Source: Flavobacteriales bacterium (lineage in GTDB: Bacteria > Bacteroidota > Bacteroidia > M30B66). Taken from it: a DNA stretch of 64,000 bases. The notes below the pieces were generated by a model. The model saw only the letters and a list, made by a program, of their open reading frames with translations, ran no database searches and was not told where the DNA came from. The DNA lies in the NCBI GenBank assembly GCA_046294625.1, contig JBKBKN010000004.1, forward strand, positions 69,982-133,981. The letters run 5' to 3'. A program made the position numbers and the translations under genes. This document shows positions 47,626 to 58,842 of the stretch, piece after piece. Every line of letters starts with the position of its first letter. Position 1 is the first letter of the stretch.

Positions 47626-50600
47626 TTATCTTACGATCGATAACTTCGCATTCGTACTGAATTTCTCGCCTTTGATCATTAATTGATAGATTCCAGGTTC
47701 GAAAGAGGAAACTTCAAGGATGATATTGCCTTTAGCTTCTACATCACGATAGTTCTTCGTTGCAACCAATTTACCGTTTCCATCAAGAATGAACACTGTC
47801 AATTCAGCTTCTCGCTGCGGCAGATTGATTCTGATGTTTGCCAAATCTCTCGCCGGATTAGGGAAAATACTCAATGACATTTTCTCAGCATCCATCACCC
47901 CCGTTGTGTTATCAACTACACGGATTGTTAAGGTTTTCACATCCATACAGTTTGCACTGCTGGCAATCAAGGTAACAGTGTAAGTACCCGGCTCAGTGTA
48001 CATGTGGCTTGGGTTGGCTACGTCTGTTACAATCGTGCCATCACCAAAATCCCAGGTAATATCTGTTGCACCATGAATAATAGAAGTGAAATTAACCAAA
48101 GCATTGGTAAGGTTTACCTGAGTTGCAGATGCAGCTATGCTTGCAGTAACACTTGCACCGGAAGCAACAGTTACCACTTCCTGCACACTTCCAAATGCAT
48201 TTGACAATTGAATATTGTAAACACCTCCTGCAAGATTGCTTACAGTAGTTGTTCCAGAGAAATTTTCTCCTTGAGCAACAACAAAATTCTGCTGATTTCT
48301 CACTTGATAGTTCCAAACAGTGTTTGATGGGCTATTGATGATAATCGAGCCATCATTTTGCGCACAGTTCTCAGTGAACGCTGTAAATGATATAGCTGGT
48401 TTGAAATGCAATCTGAAGCGGAATTCATCGGTGTTTCTGTCAAATACATAATTGTAAGAATCAGACACTCTCAAGTTGTGGTACACCCCTAGTTTGGTAT
48501 CTTCAAGAATTACCATTGAGCTAGAAGGGAAGTTTTCAATATCGCGCAGCCTTAAAGTTTGTGCTCCGCTATTGTTTGCACGAACTGAAAGTTGTACCAT
48601 TTTATCCTGATTGAGAGGGCTTCTTGCCTGGATGGCAAAATGAGAGCCGTCAATCATAGAAGATACCGCAAGATTGGTTGAGCCAAAGAGTTTCGGCGCA
48701 TCGAAATCAACATCCACTCCATCGGTTGCACCATCCATAAAGGCAAGGAGTGTCTCATTGTAGTGGTTTGTAGAATTAGACACACTAATCCACAAGCGCT
48801 GCCATTCATTGGTATTGAAGAATGCATTGTTCTCAGTAGTACGCATACTATTGTTGAATACCACATTTGTTGCACTGTTGGCAATCACTACAAAACCTTG
48901 GCCTGAAGCGATATTTCCATTGAAATTAGTACCGCTGTTCGGTCCGGTAAACCCAACCACGTTCCATACTCCATAATCATCATTGGTAAATCCTGAACCA
49001 CCTGAGTTATCGTCATCCCAGAAATACAAGGCTCCGCCAACGAAACGTCCCGGGTTAGCGGCAACAAATGATGTAGCGTTAAGAGCAGATGGATAAGGAT
49101 TACCGATTAGGTTCATTGTGGTATGCGTGCCAATAAGCATTGGGCCATAGATGATGCTACCTTCATTTGCTGTTCCGTCGAAAGTAACAGTTCCGGCACC
49201 TGTTGCAGCAAATCCTTCACCCACAACCATAGACCCTGAAGCAGGTCTCCATCCGCTCAATAGGCCTGCAGATGAACTGCTTGTTGCAAAGTTAGGATTG
49301 TAACGGAATCTGTTTTGTCCCGGTAACAGGTTAAGACTTGCGCTGGTAATTGGAGAAGACCAATAGTTATAAGCAAGAGCGTTAGATGTACCTGTTCTGC
49401 GAATACGTACATTACCGGTTACGTTACCGCCTGCTCCGGGAGTTCCTGCACCATGCATCAATGAAGCATTGTTGGCTAAAATGATACCATTGTTGGTAAT
49501 CAAGTTTGCACCAGCTGCTACTTCAACAATGCCGGAGAATGTTGTTACACCCGAAAGTGTGGCTGTTGGCGAAGTGTATCGTACACGTCCTGCTCCCTGA
49601 AGCACGGTGTTTGAACCGGTCCAGTTTCCACCAATGCTCAGCGTTACTCCTTGTGGAATAGTAATGAAAGCAAGTGGCTCAATTACAATATTGCGACAGT
49701 TTCCATTCACCAAGGTTGGGAAGTTAGGTTTGTTGGTCGTGTTAGGAATCAAAACATCATCGCTTATGCCTGGAACAAATGATGGCAACCAGTTACCTGC
49801 ATCATGCCAGTTGTTATTGACTGCACCTGTCCAAGTGATCACAGATCCAAGCTGTTCACCCACCTGAAAATCTCCGAAAATGTTGTTCAGGTTGATGGCT
49901 TGTGTGCTGGTAGCTGTTCTCACACCAATAGCCGGTGAACTCCAAGCTGAACCATTAAATCTGGCTACTTCAAATGTGTTGGTATTTGAACCAGCATCAA
50001 CATCCGCAGCTACGAAATTGAAGGTTGCATTATAAGATGCAATATTCAGAGCGCTTGGGGTAATATTCCAAAAACGGTTTACAGATCTTGCCGGATTCAA
50101 GCCAGAAGTTGCAATATTTGGATGGTCGCCGCTTTCTGTAAATACTGTAAGACTTCCAGTTCCTGTGATAGTTCCGGTAAAGATCAAATTCACAGGCGCA
50201 TAGCGATTGTTATCACCTACTTCAAACAAACGTGATACCATGGTATTGTTGATGAATTTTTGCAACTGACCATTAACATATGAAGCTGCTGAAGCACCTG
50301 ATACACTGCCTGTTGCAGGAATCACAACTGTGTTACCGTTTGCAGCTAAGATACCATTGTTAAGTGTTAGTACATTATTCACCTGAATGTTAGCATTCAT
50401 AGATTTTATACCACCACCATTTATAGCCAGGTTAGTAAATTGAATGGCACCATTGAAAGATTGATTGGTGCCTGACATATTCACCAGACCAGATCCGCCA
50501 TTGAAGGCTGTAAAACCTGCCAGATTGCTGAAGTTTCCTCTTATATTGATTTCACGGTTAAATGAGTTGGTCACTTGACCTTGTGAGATGATAAAGTCTC

Positions 50601-53600
50601 CATTCACTAAGATATCGGAATTAAATAAAGTCTTGTTTCCAGTGCCGGTGAAATTTATGTTATTATATATGGTTCTGGAAGGTAATGCAGCAGTTACATT
50701 GGAGAAATACTCCACTGTTCCACCGCCCACTGCAGTGAAAGCGGAATAGGTACCCCCTGGGAAGATAAACTCATTTGCAGGTGTTGGTGTCATACGGATG
50801 GTTCCGGTTCCAGTCACCACACCAAAGTTATTTCCGATGGTGTTATTCAGATTCAATGTTCCGTTAATCTCAGCTGTTGGAGCCCCGGTATTGTTAGCGG
50901 TTACGGTGATCGTATGCGCAGGAGCAATTACAATCGGGTTAAATGTAGGTGGAACAATTGCCGGAGCACCTGTATGCTGCAGAATAGGATCTACTGACCA
51001 TGAAGCAGGATCGTTGAAGTTACCGTTAGCAATACTGTAGTAAACTTGAAGCGGGCCAAATTCCTGAGGCTCACCGGCGGTGAATTCACCATTTACATAG
51101 TTCACATTGCTAAGAGTGATGGTATTTGCAGTGGCGTTTACAGTGCCAGGAATACCATTCTGTGGTACCCATTGATTGTTAAAATATCGTCCTGCTACAT
51201 ATAAGTTTTCATCGCCATTTAAGGCAGCATCTGTCTGTACATAGTTATATACGTGGGTAAACAACGCACTTCCAGAGAAACCGTTTCTTGAGCTAATCCA
51301 ATAGTAGGTTAATTCGGTATTTGCAGGATCAGTGGTGGCAGGATGACGCGTATTCACCGGGCGAACCGTGATTTCTCCCGCAGCTGAATTGGATGTTGTA
51401 GAAATTGTTGCGGGCGTATATTTTAATGATACACCGATAGGAAAAGTAAATGAACTATTTGTTGGCGGGTAAATTTTTCTTACTCCACCATCACTTGAAA
51501 CACCATTGGTACGAATCATGCGATCTTCATTAAATGTTCCGGTAACCGATGATTGCTGACCAAGTGTGAGTTGGTGATTGCCTATAAAAAAGAGACCGCT
51601 TTGAAGGTTTAATTCTCCATTGATACGAGTTGGATTGAGTATTTCAACACCTGCAAGATTATTTACTCGTAAATTACCAAATTGACCATTACCGTTTCCA
51701 CTTATGGTTTGAGCAACAGAACCATTCAATACGATAAATCCAGCACCTGACGATGTATGCAATACATTGTTCACCACATTACCAAGCACTGTGACCAGGT
51801 TAGCTCCTGTTGCAAATGTTCCGTTTAATAGAGATAAATTTCTATTTACACGAAGGTTTGAATTTGGATTTAGAGTAACAGAGCCGGATGTGAAACTATT
51901 GTTAATCTCAAGATTAGCAAAATTGATCAGGTTAGTGCCGGTACCAATAATCACTTGATTGCCGGTTGCACCATTAAATCTTGTTACTTGAGAAGCAGCT
52001 ATTGGCCTGTAACCACCTACTGCTAACCCTGTTGCTGCTGATGAATTTTGCACCAATAAGTCACCTCCGATTTCGATATCAAAGGAATTTGTGTTAAACA
52101 CCGATTCTCCAAGAATACTCAAATCATCAAGGATGCTCAGCGGATTTCCAATTACTCTGAGTGTTTTGCTGGTGGTGGTGCCATCTACTGTCAAATCCCA
52201 AAGTGCGGCAGTAGAGTTAATCTCAAACAACATGTTAGAAGCTGTGCTGCTTGTACCTACACGTATCTCTCCACCTGTAACATTGCTGAAAGAAGGCTGA
52301 ATGTAAATATCACCAAAAATATTGCTGGCTGCACCATTCCGATCAATAATCAATAAACTGTTGTCAGACATATTAAAGGAACTGCCAGAATTCAAGATTT
52401 CGAATTTAGCCCGATTCAAATTAAATGAAGCCGAATTCGGATTGCGTCCTCTTATTAATACAGTGCTGTTGCCAGATTGCGTGTAACTCAGGCCTCCAAG
52501 CAGCACATTCACACTTCTTCGTATTTGACCATTCACATTCAGCGATCCGTTTCCAGCTACTATAATAGTTGGTGTTCCTGATGCGGAATATTCAATATCA
52601 TTGTGATTATTGTTTGTATGATTACCTACATTCATTGTCCCCGCCTGAATATTAATTGTTCCAGAGAGAACAAGATCTGATGTATTATTTGCACCCATCC
52701 CTACATTGATTTCAATTCCGCTATTATTTAATACCAATGCGGAGCTGGAAGGAATAGTGAAAACATCAGTTTGATCGGTTAAAGTTAATGACCCTGGTCT
52801 TGAGAATACCAGCCTACCATTTAGCAAATTCAACCAATTGTTGGTTGGTGCTGTCATTGTACCTTGCATGCTCACATTCACCGAAAGAGACTGATTATTG
52901 CCCTTATTTATAGTCAATAGACCAAAGTTGGTTTGCGCTGTTGCGTTAGTACCATTGATTGATGCATCTGTATTACCGATCATGTTTAATGAAACCGGCG
53001 AACTTTGATTAAAGTTGATTACTCCATTATTGGTCACATTGCCGAATGCGTTCAACTGATGAACTACTGAACCACTTGAATTTCCCTCAAAGAAACCGCC
53101 ATTATTGACCACAATGTTACCGGTAACATTAATTGTTTGTGCCACATTAGATGGCATGCGGAAGATACCTGAATTTACAGTAAGAATACCACTAATATTC
53201 AATTGACGCGCAACATTATTATTTAATGTAGCAATACTGGATGCTGAACCATTGATGGTCATGTTTTGAAGTATATTCAAATCTGTTTCAGGTAATGAAA
53301 TAGTTTCGGTCCCTGAAGAAGCGATCACTAAATTTCTGTAGCTTTCTATTGGCAAAGCATTTGGAGCAGCTGTCATTGAAGGCAAGTTAAAACTTGTACC
53401 TGTGCCATAATATTCAGCTGTTCCACCCTGATTGGTAAAGAATAGACCAAAGTCACCTCCCGGCCATTCAGCTGTTGGCGTTGCTGATGAAATTCTGATA
53501 CGTCCTGCACCACCAGCGGTAGAGAATGGAAGTGCTCCGAAATTGTGTCCGGTTGTGGTTCCCAATGTGAGCACTGAGCCTGCATCGACAATCAAACTAC

Positions 53601-56600
53601 CAGCTAGGGTATTGTTAGCTGTAACTGTTACCGTATGGTTAAAGGTTACGCCATCGCCAATGTAAACAGGATTGCTAGCGCCGGGAACTGATGATGCAGG
53701 CGCTCCACCATGGCTCGTGTTTGACCATGTTGCTGGATTATTCCATACGCCATTAGCGCGGCTGTAAAATGGCACTACGGCGCCAAAGGCAGCTGGAACA
53801 CCTGCTGTGTAATCACCTTCTAGCTTACTCATCGCGTTGAAAGTGATGGTGCGGTTGGTTTCGTTCACCATATTCACATCATTAATGCTGGTGTAGGCTA
53901 TATCTGCGAAATTGTAGTATCCGGGAATATAGCTTGTGATAGTAGGGTTTACTGGAATATTCCCATAAGTGAACACGGAGTTGATTGAATTTGCTGCAAT
54001 TCCTGCAAATCCAACCTGATTAACTTTCCAATAATAATCTAAGGCATCAGGATCAGTTACATACAAATGTTTAACCGCTACAGGGCGTACATTGATGGAA
54101 CCGTAAGTCGTCGGGTTGGTAGTAAAAGAGATGGTTGCAGGCGTGTAGGTGTTTCCTGTACCTACAGCGAAGGTGAACGACGTATTGCTGTTGTTATATT
54201 CTTTGGCAATACCTTGATCGGATAAGAAACCTGCTGTTCGAATAAATCTTACATCGCTAAAGCTTCCTGAAGAAGAAATAAGCGAAGCTGCTGGGGCAAA
54301 AGTAATTCTGCGATTACCGAGATTGAAAATTCTATTGGTTGTCATTTCAAGCGAATTCAATACTCTGAAATTTGCTGTGCTGGTATAACGAACGTCGCCA
54401 TTTGAGCCCCCAGTGTTGGCCAATACAATATGAGGGAAAATACCATTTCCGTTTCCACCGATATTCTGTGTGCTTGTACCGCTCAAACGAATCCGACCTG
54501 CAGCTGTTGCGATAATTTGTGTGTTGTTGATCACATTCGCTCTTGCATCAATTATTCTGTTATTGATATCGAGTAAGCCCGAATTAAGTGCAAGTGTGCC
54601 ATTTACGCCAACGTTTGTGGTAGAACCTGTAAGTGTAAGTGTTGCTGAACCGGTTTTATTAACAACCAAACCGCCAATACCAGAAGCTCCTGATGCAACA
54701 TAAGATGAGACTAAGTCTGAAGCTTCAACCAATAAGCCCCATATTGCAGCACCACTTGCTGTGTTGCCTGCATAGGATTGCACACAAGATGCATTTCCAA
54801 GATATAAACCTACTCTTAGGTTTGCATTTCCTGTTCCTGTAGCCGAAATACGATACCATCCATTAGGAAGACTAACAATACTGGCATTGGTGATCCCACC
54901 ATTTGTCGAAATGACTGAACCTGCTCCTGTTATATTAAACCAAGCAAGATCACCAGTGTTTTCGCCAACTCGCAGAGCAACACAGTTTCTTACTATACCG
55001 CGAACATGAATGCTGGCAGTAATTGGGCCGCTAGATGGTATGGTAGGTGTTAAAATTCCATGTATTCCATTTGCAGTTGTTTCCAACATTCTCTCTGCAG
55101 TAAACTCACCATTTGGATCTTCCTCCACGTTTTGAGCGATGGTAACGCGCTCTAATGTATAATTAGGACCTGCGATAAAGTCTTCAGGACCGCTAATCAG
55201 GTTGCTGGTTACCCCGTTAAAGCTGATTGCACCATTAATCGTCAATGTTTGTGCTGAATTGTTCTGGAAAATAAGGTTATTATTCGCTGAACGATAGGTG
55301 GCACCGTTAGCAATGGTCATATTTCCATTTACAATCACATCTAAATTTCCAGCATCGAAAATCGGGCTTCCGGTAGATTGAACATTAAAGTTATTCAATA
55401 CTACAAGAGGGAAGCCACCGGTTGGTTCACGTGTTGCATTTGATTCATTGTAAGACCAATCAAAACTTCTGAGTCGTACCTGACCATTTATACCAGTCCC
55501 TACTTTTGTAACATTTACGTTAAACAAAGGTGCAGATGAAGCAATATCAAATAAGAAATTATTAGTAGAGAAGAAATTAACTGTTCCACCGGTAACTTCA
55601 TAATTCTGTGGAGAGCTACCTACATGGAAACCTCCTGTTGGTGAAATCCCTGTGGCAAATGTTCTTGTAACATTCAATGTACCTCCAGACATTTTGAAAA
55701 CATTGTCAGGGCGTGGCAAGGAGAACATGCCGACTGATGTAATAGGACCACTTTGGCCGGTGATGTTTACTGTACCACCGGTTTGAATATATCCCCCTCT
55801 ATGAGCATTTTCATCAAGTACGGAAATACGCAAACAAGCCATTGTAACTGTGCCACCATCTACCTGTAATAATCCGTTTTCTCTCAAGGTGATGGTTTTG
55901 TTACCGCTTCCGGTCACCACATCAAGACTACCTGCAGTTATTCTGAGTGTTCCATAAGGTACGATGGAGTTTCCACCTGCAAAAGTTACCGTAGCGCCAT
56001 CAATCCACAACACAGGAAATCTATTAGCTGCACCAATGTTATAATTTGTTCCATCATTTTGTCCTAATGTTAGAGTTAAACCAGAACCTAAGCGCATCGT
56101 TCCATTAGTGTTTTGCACTCTTACTCCTGGATTGTTATTGAATACAACTGTGCCAGGTGCGCCATTGATAAATATTTCTGCACCTTCTGTTTTGTTCATT
56201 GTTACATCCCAAAATCTCACAAAACTTCCTGAGTTGGCAAAGAAGGTAGTATTCACTACTGGACCTCCGAATGTGAGGTTGATTCTTCCGGTGGCTGCAT
56301 TGCTGTAAGTTGGGGAATTATGAAAAAGAGCAGTACCACTAACGGTGCTGTTCCCTGCAATTGTCATGGAGTGGTTGCCGCTGTAGGATGGGCTTGGACC
56401 AAATGTACAACCCGAACCGATGGTAAAGTTGCCGTTTACAATGAAACTTCTGTTATTAGCTGTGTTTCCAATAAAGAACGAAACATTACCAGATCCTGTG
56501 CGGCTCATGGAGAAATTTCCATTCAACAAAATATTGGCATCTGTGCGCAATTCAAAGCTTTGGGTGGTAGAGTTAGTTACTAAAAGATTGTTGTAAGTAT

Positions 56601-58842
56601 TGGTAAATGGCGCTACCGTCGGTAAAACAAATGTTCCGGAACCTAAATTGTAATATTCAATGGTTCCCCCACCTGAGGCGACAAAATTTGTGATATTTCC
56701 AACAGGAAGGTTTGTTGTAGCTAAACGCAAGCGCCCTTGACCATTGATTTGACCGAGCGTGTTTCCGGTTGTGTTTCGCAAATCTAACGTACCGCCTTCC
56801 TGAATAGTTGCAGATCCTACTTCGCGACCAATATTTGTAAACACGTTTCTACCATTTAAGATTACGATTTGATCTCCCGGGCCTGGCACCATTGGAAGCA
56901 CTGAGGTGGTTCCAGATGGATCGGTAGTCCAGGTTAAAGGATCAGCCCAGTCGCCGGATTGATAGGAATATAGCGTTGTTCTCACAGCAGGATCATATGC
57001 TGTCCAGTCGCCTGTCAAAAAGTTGGTTCCTGATGAGCCAAATGGCATTGTCCCGGTGGCGGTGGGGTTGTTGGGAGTAATGAGGTTAGCGCCATCAAAA
57101 ACAATTGGGACGTATGCGGTTTGATCGCCTACCACATCAAAACCAACACCTGTTCTTACTACGAAGCGTATATCAGCATTGATGGATGATAGATTAACTG
57201 TTTCGAGTTTCCAGTGTTTTTGCAATGCATTATTAAAATAAGGAATGTTTGGCTGACGATCCCCAACTACCCTTAATGATAAACCAGCCGTACCAGTAAT
57301 GGTGGCTGCGATGGAATTAATCAACATAGCATTATATTGACCATTTGCCCCAAGTGGAATAACACCAGCTGTTGTTAAATTGAAGGTGCGAAAGTCATTG
57401 GCAACAGTATTTCTAAGAATATTTAATTTACCCGAGCCGTTGGTGATAAACATTCTAACGTTAGCAGGCGTAGTCTGAGCAACAACTGGAAAACCTGCTG
57501 TTGAACTTATGTTGCCTGTTGGCAAAAACGTTAAATCAAATGGGCCTAAGTCAACCCAAAAATTACCTTCCCAACGGAAGGTTCCAGCCACACTAACAGG
57601 ACCACCAAGTACTTTATTGTTACCTGCAAAACTATTAGAAAGAGTGATATTCTTGTAATTAGGACTGCTAAAAATAGTTTGCTGAAAAGCTCCAGATGCA
57701 TTATATTGAACGGTAGCATTATTGCTACCTGTTATAAAATTACCAATCGAATTGTTCTCTCCTCTTAGCACAATGGTATGATTAGCCAATGATGCATCTA
57801 ACGTTCCTAAACCATTCAAGCCATTATTAATCGTTGTGTTACGTGCAGTAGAACCTAAATTCAATGTAGCCCCTGAAGAAATAGTCAATGTTGAGGCAGT
57901 GAAATTGTTTGTGCCGGATGCACTAATGGTTAATGATGCTCCAGATTTTTCAATAATAAGATCACTCCAAGAGATAGTTGCATTGGTGTTGTAAATTGAA
58001 TTGGTGATGCCCGAAAATTTTACCGTTCCTGATGAATGCACAATTGTACCCGCATCTCTATTAAAATCTCCATTGATGGTCGCATCTGTAAATGTTTTAT
58101 TTCCCGATCCATTGGTTCGTAAATTGTGATAAGTGGTTGGTCTGATGGTTTGAGCTGCTCCGCCGTAGATGAAAGTATTGCCATCCGTTGATGCATTTAA
58201 AATTCCCGCACTAGCAAAGGGCATCGCTGCACCATTGTAGCGACAGGTAGTTAAATTGCGAAAGGTAGAACCCACGCCTACACCGTCTAAATTTCCGGAA
58301 ATGGTGATTCCATTTGCCCCACCATGATCGTTGGACACCATAATGTTGTTGAGAATGTTTACCGTGGAGCTAAAATTAAAGGTAGCACCGGTTCCATTTA
58401 ACACTTGGTTGGCACCGAAGAACTCCACCGGGCTTACAGATGTAAAAGAGCCATTATTGGTTATCCCCCCCGAGAAGCGGTTAATTCCAGCCACATTATT
58501 ATCATTAAATGTTCCATTAACTGTTACCAGACCTGTTACTTGAAAGAAATCAGTATTTGCGGCGCCAACAGTGAGTGTCCTTCCTGAGTTGATGGTTAAT
58601 ACAGAAATATTCACTTCAGGGACATTGACTGTTACATTGTGATTAATAACTACTTCGTCGCCTGTCTGGGGTATGTTAGCTGCTCCGCCCCAAGTGGCTG
58701 CTGCGTTCCAATTGCCGGCAGCAACTGTTGTTCTTACTGTTTGCGCATGGGCATAATTTGTTAAAAAGGCAAACATTGCAAACAAGTAAATTGTCTTTAA
58801 AGCAAAATTTTGATTTAAAAACATTTTTGTAATTGTTTTCAT
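47626..58842 (-). CDS. Giant (~3740 aa) secreted repeat protein with a PKD domain and a type-A T9SS C-terminal sorting domain
   Basis: Signal peptide MKTITKMFLNQNFALKTIYLFAMFAFLTNYAHAQ. Start set at ATG 58842, since the ORF-track extension to 59025 has no signal-like character. N/G/T/S-rich repeats. PKD domain ITWDFGDGT...YTVTLIASS (~47917-48150). CTD SIFPNPARDLANIRINL...GIYQLMIKGEKFSTNAKLSIVR. Confidence 0.9.
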   Translation of the reverse strand: MKTITKMFLNQNFALKTIYLFAMFAFLTNYAHAQTVRTTVAAGNWNAAATWGGAANIPQTGDEVVINHNVTVNVPEVNISVLTINSGRTLTVGAANTDFFQVTGLVTVNGTFNDNNVAGINRFSGGITNNGSFTSVSPVEFFGANQVLNGTGATFNFSSTVNILNNIMVSNDHGGANGITISGNLDGVGVGSTFRNLTTCRYNGAAMPFASAGILNASTDGNTFIYGGAAQTIRPTTYHNLRTNGSGNKTFTDATINGDFNRDAGTIVHSSGTVKFSGITNSIYNTNATISWSDLIIEKSGASLTISASGTNNFTASTLTISSGATLNLGSTARNTTINNGLNGLGTLDASLANHTIVLRGENNSIGNFITGSNNATVQYNASGAFQQTIFSSPNYKNITLSNSFAGNNKVLGGPVSVAGTFRWEGNFWVDLGPFDLTFLPTGNISSTAGFPVVAQTTPANVRMFITNGSGKLNILRNTVANDFRTFNLTTAGVIPLGANGQYNAMLINSIAATITGTAGLSLRVVGDRQPNIPYFNNALQKHWKLETVNLSSINADIRFVVRTGVGFDVVGDQTAYVPIVFDGANLITPNNPTATGTMPFGSSGTNFLTGDWTAYDPAVRTTLYSYQSGDWADPLTWTTDPSGTTSVLPMVPGPGDQIVILNGRNVFTNIGREVGSATIQEGGTLDLRNTTGNTLGQINGQGRLRLATTNLPVGNITNFVASGGGTIEYYNLGSGTFVLPTVAPFTNTYNNLLVTNSTTQSFELRTDANILLNGNFSMSRTGSGNVSFFIGNTANNRSFIVNGNFTIGSGCTFGPSPSYSGNHSMTIAGNSTVSGTALFHNSPTYSNAATGRINLTFGGPVVNTTFFANSGSFVRFWDVTMNKTEGAEIFINGAPGTVVFNNNPGVRVQNTNGTMRLGSGLTLTLGQNDGTNYNIGAANRFPVLWIDGATVTFAGGNSIVPYGTLRITAGSLDVVTGSGNKTITLRENGLLQVDGGTVTMACLRISVLDENAHRGGYIQTGGTVNITGQSGPITSVGMFSLPRPDNVFKMSGGTLNVTRTFATGISPTGGFHVGSSPQNYEVTGGTVNFFSTNNFLFDIASSAPLFNVNVTKVGTGINGQVRLRSFDWSYNESNATREPTGGFPLVVLNNFNVQSTGSPIFDAGNLDVIVNGNMTIANGATYRSANNNLIFQNNSAQTLTINGAISFNGVTSNLISGPEDFIAGPNYTLERVTIAQNVEEDPNGEFTAERMLETTANGIHGILTPTIPSSGPITASIHVRGIVRNCVALRVGENTGDLAWFNITGAGSVISTNGGITNASIVSLPNGWYRISATGTGNANLRVGLYLGNASCVQSYAGNTASGAAIWGLLVEASDLVSSYVASGASGIGGLVVNKTGSATLTLTGSTTNVGVNGTLALNSGLLDINNRIIDARANVINNTQIIATAAGRIRLSGTSTQNIGGNGNGIFPHIVLANTGGSNGDVRYTSTANFRVLNSLEMTTNRIFNLGNRRITFAPAASLISSSGSFSDVRFIRTAGFLSDQGIAKEYNNSNTSFTFAVGTGNTYTPATISFTTNPTTYGSINVRPVAVKHLYVTDPDALDYYWKVNQVGFAGIAANSINSVFTYGNIPVNPTITSYIPGYYNFADIAYTSINDVNMVNETNRTITFNAMSKLEGDYTAGVPAAFGAVVPFYSRANGVWNNPATWSNTSHGGAPASSVPGASNPVYIGDGVTFNHTVTVTANNTLAGSLIVDAGSVLTLGTTTGHNFGALPFSTAGGAGRIRISSATPTAEWPGGDFGLFFTNQGGTAEYYGTGTSFNLPSMTAAPNALPIESYRNLVIASSGTETISLPETDLNILQNMTINGSASSIATLNNNVARQLNISGILTVNSGIFRMPSNVAQTINVTGNIVVNNGGFFEGNSSGSVVHQLNAFGNVTNNGVINFNQSSPVSLNMIGNTDASINGTNATAQTNFGLLTINKGNNQSLSVNVSMQGTMTAPTNNWLNLLNGRLVFSRPGSLTLTDQTDVFTIPSSSALVLNNSGIEINVGMGANNTSDLVLSGTINIQAGTMNVGNHTNNNHNDIEYSASGTPTIIVAGNGSLNVNGQIRRSVNVLLGGLSYTQSGNSTVLIRGRNPNSASFNLNRAKFEILNSGSSFNMSDNSLLIIDRNGAASNIFGDIYIQPSFSNVTGGEIRVGTSSTASNMLFEINSTAALWDLTVDGTTTSKTLRVIGNPLSILDDLSILGESVFNTNSFDIEIGGDLLVQNSSAATGLAVGGYRPIAASQVTRFNGATGNQVIIGTGTNLINFANLEINNSFTSGSVTLNPNSNLRVNRNLSLLNGTFATGANLVTVLGNVVNNVLHTSSGAGFIVLNGSVAQTISGNGNGQFGNLRVNNLAGVEILNPTRINGELNLQSGLFFIGNHQLTLGQQSSVTGTFNEDRMIRTNGVSSDGGVRKIYPPTNSSFTFPIGVSLKYTPATISTTSNSAAGEITVRPVNTRHPATTDPANTELTYYWISSRNGFSGSALFTHVYNYVQTDAALNGDENLYVAGRYFNNQWVPQNGIPGTVNATANTITLSNVNYVNGEFTAGEPQEFGPLQVYYSIANGNFNDPASWSVDPILQHTGAPAIVPPTFNPIVIAPAHTITVTANNTGAPTAEINGTLNLNNTIGNNFGVVTGTGTIRMTPTPANEFIFPGGTYSAFTAVGGGTVEYFSNVTAALPSRTIYNNINFTGTGNKTLFNSDILVNGDFIISQGQVTNSFNREINIRGNFSNLAGFTAFNGGSGLVNMSGTNQSFNGAIQFTNLAINGGGIKSMNANIQVNNVLTLNNGILAANGNTVVIPATGSVSGASAASYVNGQLQKFINNTMVSRLFEVGDNNRYAPVNLIFTGTITGTGSLTVFTESGDHPNIATSGLNPARSVNRFWNITPSALNIASYNATFNFVAADVDAGSNTNTFEVARFNGSAWSSPAIGVRTATSTQAINLNNIFGDFQVGEQLGSVITWTGAVNNNWHDAGNWLPSFVPGISDDVLIPNTTNKPNFPTLVNGNCRNIVIEPLAFITIPQGVTLSIGGNWTGSNTVLQGAGRVRYTSPTATLSGVTTFSGIVEVAAGANLITNNGIILANNASLMHGAGTPGAGGNVTGNVRIRRTGTSNALAYNYWSSPITSASLNLLPGQNRFRYNPNFATSSSSAGLLSGWRPASGSMVVGEGFAATGAGTVTFDGTANEGSIIYGPMLIGTHTTMNLIGNPYPSALNATSFVAANPGRFVGGALYFWDDDNSGGSGFTNDDYGVWNVVGFTGPNSGTNFNGNIASGQGFVVIANSATNVVFNNSMRTTENNAFFNTNEWQRLWISVSNSTNHYNETLLAFMDGATDGVDVDFDAPKLFGSTNLAVSSMIDGSHFAIQARSPLNQDKMVQLSVRANNSGAQTLRLRDIENFPSSSMVILEDTKLGVYHNLRVSDSYNYVFDRNTDEFRFRLHFKPAISFTAFTENCAQNDGSIIINSPSNTVWNYQVRNQQNFVVAQGENFSGTTTVSNLAGGVYNIQLSNAFGSVQEVVTVASGASVTASIAASATQVNLTNALVNFTSIIHGATDITWDFGDGTIVTDVANPSHMYTEPGTYTVTLIASSANCMDVKTLTIRVVDNTTGVMDAEKMSLSIFPNPARDLANIRINLPQREAELTVFILDGNGKLVATKNYRDVEAKGNIILEVSSFEPGIYQLMIKGEKFSTNAKLSIVR

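Noticed and set aside
58465-58471. A C7 homopolymer (G7 on the coding strand, encoding SGG) about 125 codons into the giant gene, as a possible slipped-strand phase-variation tract.
   Set aside because: Seven nucleotides is short for an efficient contingency tract. Similar G/C runs occur in housekeeping genes here (aroB 24195-24201). There is no population data to show length variation.
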